A DNA stretch of 64,000 nucleotides from Geosiphon pyriformis uo1. Lineage: Eukaryota > Fungi > Glomeromycota. The number at the start of each line of letters is the position of its first letter. Positions within the stretch are counted from its first letter, which is position 1. A program made the translations under genes and the position numbers. The DNA lies in assembly GCA_016748015.1 (NCBI GenBank), contig JAAOMT010000349.1, positions 64,812 through 128,811 of the forward strand, given 5' to 3'. Below, piece after piece: positions 13,701 to 24,548 of the stretch. The notes under the pieces are model-generated. The model made no database searches. It saw only the letters and a list, made by a program, of their open reading frames with translations, and was not told the DNA's origin.

Positions 13701-16197
13701 TTGTACTCAGATTACAGTTTTGAATATAATTGTTTTCTTAAAAGATGGATAATAATTATTAATAAAAAGGCTTCCAAAATTAGTATTATAATTCACAATA
13801 ATACAACATTATTGGATGTTTTTAAACAATTGTTAATGGCTAAAAAGAAATATAAAAAATCAAAATATTGTAAATTTAAAGCATCTATAGATACTGTTAT
13901 TAGGAAAGTAATCAATAAATAGATAAAAAATTTTTGTTTTGGTAAGGAAGCCATAATACATAGTATTTTAAAGTAGTTTTTTTACAAAATAGTCTTAAAT
14001 TATTTGATAATTAAAAAAATTTTTGTTTTAAAGCCTGATAAGATAAAGCTAAAAGTTAATAAGATTATAAAGAGCTGGCCAAAAAAACAGAAGATATTTG
14101 CAATTATGTCTGATCTTTAGTTCTACTAATACATACTTTTAAGCTATGTAAAAAATAATGTTTTTTCTAATATAATAAATAATATTAATATTGACAAATT
14201 AATTTTAGTTGTTGGTAATCTTTCTGTTGACAAAACTGCTAATTTGTTTGGAATTCTAAATAAACTTTGAATGCATTGTAATAATGTAAGAATAAATGTC
14301 TTTTGAAAATTTTAAATTCTTGTCTGGTTTTTAGTAATGTCTCAGTATTTTGGAAAAGAATTTGGGTTTTAATAATCTTAAAGTCTTATAATTAAAATAG
14401 TATGTTAATTAATATGTGTTTAATTATGCTAATTGAAATGGCTAAAAAAATTTTGTTAAAGATTTTTTTAGACCAGATTTTAACTGTTTATAACAAATTT
14501 AATATCTTTCATGAAAACTACTTTTTAGTATTAAAGAGTATATCAACTAAGTCTTTTGTATTTGCTGTTGAATTAGTAGTTAAAGATACTTTTGAAAAGA
14601 ATAAAAAAGTGTGGTTGGTTTTGTAAAATATATATAAGACTTATAATTTAAGTAGTTGGTCTTATTTTAAAACTAGCTTAAAACACATCAAAATATATAA
14701 ATATTTTATCAATTTTTTTAGTAACATACACTAAAATATAATCAACAGGATAATAACAGATTTTGGGTTCTTAAAAGACTACTGTATACATAATAGGCTA
14801 GATCAAGATAAAAGTTTTTTACTTCTTCTTTGAAAAATCTTTTATTATCCTTTTTATATAAGATTAAAAGACACAAACATTTGTGCAGATATTAAATTAA
14901 TATAAAACTTGTGGCCAAAACTGACAAAATCGAAAATAGTAAAAAAAAAACATCATTTTTTGGTACTAATGCTTTTGTTGATAACACAATTTAAGTAGAA
15001 AATAATCAAGTTTTGACTTAGTACATCTTGAACATTGCTAATGAATTCTTTGAGATTAATAACATTTTAATCAATAATAACAAAATAGTGGCCATTTTTA
15101 TTAATCAAAAAATGTTAAATGCTTTTTTAAAAATCAATAAATATCCCATATTTATTGCCAAAAAAGGCAAATTACATCAATATTTAAGTATTTTTTTTTA
15201 ACTAATAGTCTTTTTAAACTAAATCTGGTTAAGGCTTATTTTAATGTTAGGTTTTTTACAAATGTGATATTGAAAAAAACTATCTTAAATAAACAATTTT
15301 GTTATCTGGTTTCTGTAGTTCTGCTTCCTATTGTTAGCTACTATACACAATTTAGTTTTATTTTAGTTAATATTTGTTGCAAATAAGATGTCATAATTAA
15401 GAAAAATTTAAGATTAAAGGCTGGATTGTTTAGAAACTTTTTTAATAAAATTTTATATTATCTATTGCTATACAATATAAAATTCTTTGAACAAATATAA
15501 ACTGAAGATAAAATTACATCAGTAATTAATTTTGCGAATTCTAAAAATATCCTTGGCTATCTTTTCAATTATTGCTATGTTAATTTACTGACTTTTAACT
15601 AGGCTTTAACAAATTTTTTATAGTATTCTATAAAATTAAAAGTTAGTTTTGTAAACAATTTTTTTGCTGAAATGATTTGTATTTTTTTGGATAATAAGTT
15701 CTCATTGGTAAATAAATTGCCAAATGTTTTTTATAATTCTAACAGATATTTGATATCTAATATCTTGAAAAAATTAATTTACTTTAAATTTATGTGCTTT
15801 TTAAAGTGTTTTAGTGTTGTTTTTAGAGACAAATTTTTGAATAAACATAGTGTTTTAATGTTTTAAAAAACATTTTATCATTGGAAAAAACTGAATTTTA
15901 AGAGTTTTGTTCTATTTTAGATTGTTCTGCTTTTGAATTTATAAGTAAAAATAGATTTGCTTTTAGTTATAAAGCAGTTTTATCTGTTGTATTATTTTGT
16001 AGTATTTTGGAATCAAACAGCTTTTTGTTTATAAAAAATTTTTTGCACAAGATTTGGGCTGATTCATTTAATGTTTACATTAATGAATTACTGAAAAATT
16101 TCGGATTTTTAATAGTGGCTAATAGGACAGCTGTATATTTTTCAAATATTAAGATAAATATTAATATTGGAGTTTTTGGACTAATGTTTTTAACTTA
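10800..16197 (+). mobile_element. Non-LTR retrotransposon (LINE 2), heavily decayed, breaks off in RNase H at the hAT
   Basis: ORF1- and ORF2-like fragments collinear with LINE 1; last recognisable motif VYINELLKNFG...GVFGLMFLT (decayed VYTDGSL...GLMSST). Confidence 0.85.
10941..12775 (+). pseudogene. LINE ORF1, disrupted
   Basis: Fragments including YKKCEHFRHLTLEY (knuckle remnant) and VLTTKIGGLKLKMVAF; homologous to 6917-8736. Confidence 0.65.
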
Positions 16198-16198
16198 A
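12772..16198 (+). pseudogene. LINE ORF2 (APE-RT-partial RNase H), disrupted
   Basis: KVAMCNI (APE start); LIEMAKKILLKIF and AFVDN (RT); RNase H N-terminus at 16007-16198. Confidence 0.8.
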
Positions 16199-16599
16199 AT
16201 TTTTGTAATTAGTGTTGAGTAGTAGAGTTTTTATTAAACCAAACTAAACCAAATTAAACCAAACTTTGGGTGTTGTTTAAATTCAGTTTGAATTACAAAC
16301 CAAACTTAAATTAAACCAATTTTTCAAAATAAATTTGGTTCAAGTTTAGCATTGAACTTTTTTAACAAGTTTGAGTTTGGTCTAAGTTTGGTTTAAAGTT
16401 TACAAACTTGTTTAAGTTTAATGAAATTAAAAAAAAATATAATTTGTACTATTTGTTTATCAATCATTATTTTGTTTAATTATTATAATTAGTTAAAAAG
16501 CTATATAAAACTATACATGTATAACAACTTCATTTTTTAGCTTACCAAATTAAATTTATTGTTAATATTATTTAATATTACTGAAGATTTAAAATCCAA

Positions 16600-18556
16600 A
16601 ATAATGGAATTTAATAATTCAAATAGTTCAAATATTAATATATTTGGTAAATATAGTTTTTAGAGTAAAGTATAAAACTATTTTAATAAGTTTAAGTAAA
16701 TAAAAAAAACAGCTAAATATATAGTTTCAAAATATGTATATAAATTATTTTTTTGCAGAACTATAAACACTACCAAATTTTTATGGTATTATTTAGAGGC
16801 TTTTTACTAGACAGTATATATTATAATAGAAGAATATTATAAAAAAAGCCAAATATTCAGAAAGATTATAAGTTAATTAAAGAAATGTTTTAACAAATAA
16901 GATTGCTATTTTTTTTTATGATTTTTGGTCAATTTAACTAAAAAACTGTTCTAGTTTTTTGTAGTAATTGCTATTAACATTAATAATAAAAAACTTCATA
17001 ATATGATTACTATTTGGCTTATTAATTATTAGCAATTACTTTTTATAATAGAAAATTCTAAATTAATTGAAATATTTTAATATTTGAATCTTATTTCTTA
17101 ATTTGTTTGTGTTAATATAATTAAAAATAAAATTATAGAACTCTATGTTTTGGGTAGACAAAAATTAAAAGTAAATACTACTTTTATTATAAAATGTCTC
17201 TTTTTTTTATCTATACTTATAATATAATAGATATATTTAAGTATTATTAAGTCCAAAATTTTTTTTATATCAAATTATTGGACATTTTTTAATAATAAAG
17301 CTTTTGTCTTCATTATTATTTATTATATTAATAACAATTGGGATTTTTAACAAATAATAATTGATTTTAAATTAATAAATAAATAACATGCTAGAATAAA
17401 CATTGCAAATAGATTTTTTAAAGTATTAAAAAATTATAAAATTACATCAAAAGTATATATATATATTTTTACATAAATTTGAGTTAGTTAATGACCAATA
17501 ATAAGATTAGCATACTACACAGCATATTAATATTATCTAAAACTCAGAATTACTATAATGTCTATATCATTAAAAATTGTATTTTCTTAATATTGGCTTA
17601 AGTTGGTTTTTATTATTGTTTTAGAACTAAATTTTCAATTTGAAGTTCAGAGTTACTATAGTGTCTATATTATTAAAAATTATATTTTCTCAATATTAGT
17701 TTAAGTTGGTTTTTATTATTGTCTCAGAGCTAAATTTTTGGCATTAACAATATTTGAAGTTTAAAATTACTATAGTGCTCATATTATTAAAAATTATATT
17801 TTTTTAATGTTGGCTTAAGTTAGTTTTCATTATTGTTTCAAAGCTGAATTTTTGGCATTAGTATTATCTAAAACTCAGAATTATCATAGTGTTTATATTA
17901 TTGAAAACTGTGTTTTTTTAATATTAGCTTAAGTGGTTTTTATTATTATTTTAAGCTAAATTTTTAGCCAAAAAAGTTAAAAAAGAAGTTTAAAAAAGAA
18001 ATACATATATACTCTTTTTATTAAATTTACTATTAATCTTAATAATTATAATTTAATATTTTTTCAACAGTTTTTTATTATTACTTTCAATAATACTGCA
18101 AATAATAGTACTTTTATAATAAAATTAGTAAGAAAATTAAAAGAAAAAACATTTAATAAAACTTAAAAAACTTTTGCTTTTAATGCTTTAATCATATTTT
18201 AAACTTGACAATACAGATAGTTCTAGATAAAATAAAAAATGATATTTTCAAGATATTTGTTAAAAACCCAAACCAAATATATTTACCTGAAATTTTTTTA
18301 ATGTAAACTTTATATAAATTAAAAATTAGAGAACTTAACTCTGCAATCTGTATTTTGTCTCACTGTTTTAAGTTTTTTAAATACTTTTATAATATATGTC
18401 AATTTAAATATTATAAACTTATTTTGGATTGTTCTACCCAATAAAATTCTACTTATAATATGGTTAAAAATAGATTATTTCTTAAATTAGCAAGTTGTTT
18501 ATTTCTAATTCTGTATATTTTAAATACAAAAATTTTAATTGTAAATTTATAGGCAT
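16600..18556 (+). pseudogene. hAT transposase, 5' part (BED finger and DDE core), with introns
   Basis: Decayed motifs: SKV*NYF...TTKFLWYYL (BED), IFFISNYWT (SxTxDxWT), ITFNNTANN (TxDNAxN), CFNHILNL (CxxH), LILDCSTQ*NSTYNM (DxxTRWNSTxxM). Putative introns at 17171-17230, 17453-18070, about 18253-18317 and 18490-18552. Confidence 0.8.
17523..17970. repeat. 114-bp tandem repeat, 4 units, inside a hAT intron
   Basis: Anchor (g/a)g(c/t)ttaagt at 17595, 17698, 17812, 17926 (spacings 103, 114, 114). Confidence 0.9.
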
Positions 18557-19347
18557 TGTTATTCATAAAGAAAAAAAACAAATATAGAAAATAGTAAGAC
18601 CAATAAAGAAGTAATAGTTAGCATGTCAGCATATTGCTTAGCAATATAGAATAATATTAGAAAATTAGAACACATTGCTCAAGAAATTATAGCACATTGC
18701 TCAAAAATGTGAGCAATTTTGTAGAACATCAATTATATATATATAGTAGTAGTATTAGAAAAAAAAAAGACAGACCTCTTAGTTTAGATTTGATCTAAGC
18801 AACCTTTTTATTTACAAATATCAATAAATACTTATTTACTATCTCAATCTACTCTCTACTATTAACATTTTATGTTGATAGAAATTGATACTTAACTACA
18901 CTGAAACAATAGCTTTTGATCATGGCTATTGACAGAATACTAAACTTACAATCACCTTGGCTTATCTTTTTATTTTTTTTAAATTTTTTTTATTTTCTTT
19001 TGTTATTTTTTTTGTTTCACTAACTTGATTAAAAAGATTTACATGTGGAGGTACTGATGTCAAGATATAGCACTGGTAAAAAACCCAGGAATAAGGGTAA
19101 ACACTTGGAATTGAGAATATCTTATCAGGAAGATTACTGGTCTTTATACTGAGAAAAAAATCGATAAAACTGCAGTTTTTGGAAGCTATAGATAAAACAA
19201 TCAATTGAATCTCTGTTTATTATACAATAAACTCAACCAAAACCTTCAGATCACAATACCTTCAGATATTACCAATCATTTTAATAATTAAGCACCAAGT
19301 TACAGGTTTGTTATTTAACTCAAGACTCCAAATAATTACTTATAATA
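18557..19347 (+). repeat. 5' LTR of element A (family A, 791 bp)
   Basis: tgtt...tataata (decayed tgtaaca), followed by a PBS. Confidence 0.93.
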
Positions 19348-19349
19348 TT

Positions 19350-19366
19350 TGGTGCTTCTTGTAAGG
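19350..19366 (+). promoter_or_regulatory. Primer binding site of A (tRNA ending -AGCACCA; isoacceptor not assigned)
   Basis: tggtgcttcttgtaagg, 2 nt after the LTR; the same motif follows the LTRs ending at 28975 and 30466. Confidence 0.8.
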
Positions 19367-19409
19367 TATAATCTTACAGAAAACCAGCATTAACAGCAAT
19401 CATTCAAAA

Positions 19410-21650
19410 GTAACAGAATCAGAAATAATAGGAACAAACTATTTAGGATTTGCTAAATTCTTATTTCAACAGTACAGCCAACAATTGGGCTTAACCAACA
19501 ACCATTACCTAGTGGAATTAGCCTTTAACTTTTATGTTAATAAAAAAATCACAGATTTTTTGGGAAGACCAGTTAACATTGAATTAGCAAGAAAAAACTT
19601 CTATACAAAATTAATCCAACATACTAGCTTACTACGAAATTACAGTTTCACACCAATCATCAAAGAAATTAATCAAGCAATTAAAAGATACATGCAACAA
19701 TAATTTCCTATTATCTATGCAGATAAGGGTAAAAAAAAGTTACAAACACCAGTAATAACTCCAAAAGAAATACAATTACCAATGTAAAAAAAACAAAGAA
19801 TTAAATCTCCATTATATCTATCATATTACCATATACCCAGAAGTACTATTAATATCACATCAGCAGGTGTGTTTACATGAAATGTAACATCAATATTTGG
19901 ACAACAATGCATTTCAAAGTAAATAAAAGAAAACAGAACTATTAAGAACTTATGGTGATTACTTTGAGAGATTTAAATTGTGATTACTAATATCATTAGG
20001 ATTTTGATCACCACTATCTTAACCAGATTTTGGAACAGCTAATCTGTGAGAAATAACAGCATCATAAGAAAAAGAAAAAAAAGATCAGGAATTTAATTAT
20101 CAAAACTTGATCCCAGAAAACCCAGAAATTGGAAACCCAAACAATCTAAACTCTGATAATATTAATTAGCAAAATTAGAACAATCAAAACTCCAATTTAA
20201 TTAATCAATTAAACTTACCTCTAGAAATTGGTATCAATCAGCCACCTATTGAACCAATTCAGCAACTATTTTAACAACTTCACTTACCATTAGCATAATA
20301 GCAACAACCAATTGTGCAAATGGCATATGCAACAATCACAAAACTCAAAAAATTTATGGACAAAAAAGATGATGCCCAAGTATGGTTCAATAATGTAGAA
20401 AAAGCCATTAGGGCTAATAGATAGAATAACATTTGAGCCATGCAAGCCATTTTCTATTTTCTCTAAGATACTACTGACTTATAGTATCAAAGTTTGGCAC
20501 AAAAACCCCAAAATTTTAATGAATTCAAAGCTGAATTTTTAAAGTACTTTAGCAAATACTTTTACTACTATTAAACAAGGAGACACAGAAGCAGTCACTA
20601 CTTACTTGAGATGCTTCTACAGAAATCTGTGCCAAATTCAGGCCGATTATTTTACAGTGCCACAAATTTTTAATCAATTCATTAGAGGCCTATACAATAG
20701 CATCCTCCAATGTGTACATCTATTGCATTCAGTAAATTTTCAAGCCACTATTATAAATGCCAGAGATTTTGAAGCAGTTAAACTCAAAGCCAATCATGCT
20801 CAAGCCATAAATCTAGTCATGAATAGATTATCTGACTTGGATTCCAAATTAAAACAATTCAGTAATTCTATTAATCAGAAATTAAAAGAATACTTAGCTG
20901 ACAATCATGCAATTTATTAGCTATCCCAATAATACAACAGCCAATTTATCAACCACCCATATATTAAGCTCTAATTTATTAGCTGACAACACCCGTTATT
21001 TATTAATCACAGCCCCAGTCTATCTATTAGCCATAGCTTCAAGTAATCTATCAACCCCAACAAAATTCAATACTGCCACAAAACTTATCTCAAAATAAAA
21101 CTCAAAGACTGAGAATGACCCAACAAAACTGAAGATCAGTGATAGTAGTCCATCAACCAATCTCCAGTTTCTCAATTCAGCCATTAGGATCTTAACAATA
21201 GAATTTAGGCACTGAATATGCTTAAAACCCAAATGTTCAACACTATTTAAGTCTTTTGGTTACCTTAGAAAACACTTCATCCAACAACTGGGAACCCAAC
21301 CAAAACAAATTACTTACTAATAACATTCTACCAGCCACTATTATGGAAGACAAATCACTTATAGCTATATTTTTTTTTGAAATTAAAGAACTGTCAGAAA
21401 CCTCTTTGTTTAGTGGAGCTGCACTTGAGGAAAAACCCATCATAGTAATGTATACTGATGCCAAAATTGATGACCATTTTATTAAACTGATCTTAGATAG
21501 TGGATCAGCTGGCAGCATCATCACAAAACAGCTTATAGACCAATTAGGTTGCTGAGTTGATTGAGCTGCCAGTACAAGAATAATTACAGCTGATGAAGCC
21601 ACCAAAACTTTAATTGGTAAAATAAATGACCTATCCATCAAAGTCAATGG
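19410..21650 (+). pseudogene. gag: gag and N-terminal part of aspartic protease of element A
   Basis: MAYATITKLKKF capsid region at 20320; QIFNQFIRGL; protease LILDSGSAGS; cut after atgg at 21650. Confidence 0.9.
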
Positions 21651-22399
21651 TGTTATAGATAATTATTTGGAGTCTTGAGTTAAATAACAAACTCATAACT
21701 TGGTGCTTAATTGCTAAAATAGTTGGTAATATCTGAAGGTATTGTGATTTAAAGATTTTTGTGGGGTTTTTTGTATAATAGACAGAGATTCAATTAATTG
21801 TTTTATTCATAGCTTTCTGAAACTGCAGTTTTGTCAATTTTTTTCTCAGCGTAATAACTGATAATCTTCCTAATAAAATATTCTCAATTCCGAGTGTTTA
21901 CTCTTATTCCTGGGTTTTTTACTAGTGCTATATCCTGATGTTAGTACCTCTGCACATGAATTTTTTTAATCAAGTTAGTAAAACAAAAGAAATAACAAAA
22001 TAAAATAAAAGAAATTTAAAGAAAATAAAAAGATAAGCCAAGGTAATTGTAAGTTTAGTATCCCATCAATAGCCATAATCAAGAGCTATTGTTCCAGTGT
22101 GGTTAAGTATCAATTTCTATCAACATAAAATGTTGATAGTAGAGAGTGAATTGAGATAATGAATAAGTATTTATTGATATTTGTGAATGAAAAAATTGCT
22201 TAGATTAAATCTAAAATTGAAAGATCTGTTTTTTTTTCTTCAAATGCTACTGCTATATATACATAATTGATGTTTTATGAGATCATTTACATTCCTGAGC
22301 AATGTGCTATAATTTCTTGAGCAATGTGCTTATGTATTAACTACTACTTCTTTATTGGTCTTACTATTTTCTATATCTGTTTTTTCTTTATGAATAACA
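21651..22399 (-). repeat. Family-A LTR in reverse orientation (3' LTR, partner of 28167-28975; 749 bp)
   Basis: Reverse complement of the family-A LTR; polypurine tract aaaaggaggaaataa adjacent at 22400-22414. Confidence 0.93.
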
Positions 22400-22412
22400 T
22401 TATTTCCTCCTT

Positions 22413-23046
22413 TTAATATTGAGCTCTGTTGAAATTCTCATTTTGAATTATGTTAAATAATTTTTTTTCAAGTAGCATCTGTTATACCCTACTTTTTATT
22501 TTCTTAATTTGTGAGTTGTTCATTTTTCTTCATTGATTGATGGTTATTGTTTTTATGTTAGAGTGTAACAATACTTCTGAGTAGTTTTAAAATATAGTGT
22601 GTAGTCAATAAATGGTTTTAATGTGTAGTGTCAAGTTTATTTTCTTTCCAATAATGTCTTCAATATTCTGAATTATCTTTTGGTTGAAGATTCTCTTGGA
22701 TTTGTCAAGATATAACTTCTGAATATCTACTTTTTGTCCCAATTGGTAGTAGTAATATGGTATTAGAAATGGGTTTATTTATTGGTTCTAGTTTTTTTTC
22801 ATCAGTTTTTCTGTTGAAATCGTGATGGTTATCTTTCCAAAAGTGTTCTTTACTTTCTCTACTATTTTATCTGACCAATTTATTGATTGTTTTTGTGGTT
22901 ACTAGTATAATGTACTTTTTTTTTTATTTGGTGTTTCAATAACAGATTGTTTGGTTGTTGTTAATAATTTCCATGTTTCTTTGCTGTTGGCTTAAAGCCT
23001 AAAACAATTGTTGAGCTAAAGTGTAAATATGATTTGGTATTTCCAT
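22413..23046 (-). pseudogene. ORF3 of unknown function (family A, left arm)
   Basis: ATG at 23046 (MEIPNHIYTLAQQLF), ends FNRAQY* at the PPT; homologous ORF in X, C and D. Confidence 0.65.
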
Positions 23047-23102
23047 TTTTCTTTGTTGCTTTTGTTATGTATACTGTGTTTTTATATACTCTTTTGGGTT
23101 GT

Positions 23103-24485
23103 TTAATTTGATGTGTTTGGGTCAATAACTATAATTGGTTCCAGATTTCATGGAATCTCATCTGGTTGGACTAGTATTCATTGTATTTCTAGTTGTGGAA
23201 TGTTATTAGTAGATGATAATACTATATGGTAATATGGTTTTAATTGATCACTATGTGCTGCTTTGGCTAAAATTTTGTTGTTTAATCTTAATTTATATGC
23301 TTTATTTTCAAAAATTTATTCTATGTAAAATGGTCCATCTTATTTGGGATCAAATTTTCTATTCCTATGTTTTTCTGTTTTGGCATGATGTAAAAATACT
23401 TTGTCTCCAATTTTGAATTTAACTGGTTTATCTGGTAGTTGGTTATCATGTCTTTTTTTTTGTTTTTTTTGTGATTTTTGTATGTTATCAGCTGCTCTTT
23501 GTCATTTGTTTTCTAGTGTTTTCATTAAGTTATATATTCTTTTCAACAATGTTCTTTAGAAATTTTCTTCTGTTACTGGTTCTGTTGGATATGTTTGTAT
23601 TTCTATTTCAACTGGTAATGTTGCTGTTCTACCATATACCAATTCAAATGGTGTTGCTTGTGTAGTGTCTTGCTTTATTGCCTGGTAAACAAATAATACT
23701 AATGATATAAACAAATTCTATTTATCTTGGTTTTCTTAACTGATCTTGGCAATTGCTTTACATAATGTTCTATTAAATCTTTTTACTAGTCCATTGGTTT
23801 GTGGATAATATAATGATAATAATGGTCTTTTTATTCTAAATCTTTGACTTAATTCTGTTAATGTTTTATTCACAAAATGAGTTCTTTGATCAGATAGTAA
23901 TTTTTTTAAACATCTGTGTTGACAGATCAAATCTTGATAAATGAATTCGGAAATAGATTCTGCATCTGCCTTTTAAATGGCTTTTGCTTCTGGCCATTTT
24001 GTGAAATAGTCCATGGCTATTGCAATATATTTGTTGTCTCTGCTGGTTATGGTTAATGGTCTGAATAAGTCAATTCCAATGTGATTAAATAGTTGTTTCA
24101 CTTTAATTGGTCTCAATAACTTACTGGGTTTTATTTCTCCACTTCTTTTACAAATATCACAATTTTGAATATATTAAATAATGTCTGAATATATTAATGA
24201 CCAATAGTATTTTTTTCTGGTTTTTTTTATTGTTGCTTCTTTATAAAAATGTCTTGCTGTTAGATCTAAGTGCATGTTAAATAATATTATTTCTTTTTCT
24301 AGTTCTGTAATTACTCTGGTTAGTTGATCTGAATTCCTTTTGTTCTTTTGGTAAAATATATTTTGATAGTTGATAAAATATTTTAATTGTTATTTGATAT
24401 GGCTTTGTTTTTTTAGAGATAATTTCTCCTTAAACTGCTGAGTATTTATATAGTGTTGGAGTTATTAATATTTTTGTGTGTTCAT
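23103..24485 (-). pseudogene. Integrase ORF (family A, left arm)
   Basis: Own ATG at 24485; LLSDQRTHF and YYPQTNGLVKRFNRTL core; 1383 nt to the stop. Confidence 0.9.
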
Positions 24486-24548
24486 TTTTTTGTTATATTT
24501 TTGTTTTCAGCTATTTGGATTTTGTTATATTTTTGGGTTAAAATGTTT

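Noticed and set aside
11036-16198. Hydrophobic or Lys/Asn/Ile-rich short ORFs as host membrane or secreted proteins
   Set aside because: Their composition results from C>T/G>A decay of LINE ORFs, or from antisense frames of A-rich retroelement strands
17523-17970. CRISPR-like array
   Set aside because: Units are homologous along their whole length with no unique spacers; eukaryotic context and no cas genes
18962-19204. Recurrent 60-80 aa antisense ORFs in LTRs (also 28590-28832, 58558-58743, 47044-47277, 55037-55270)
   Set aside because: They recur only because the LTRs are repeats; starts are mostly non-ATG, other LTR copies have stops, and there is no recognisable motif
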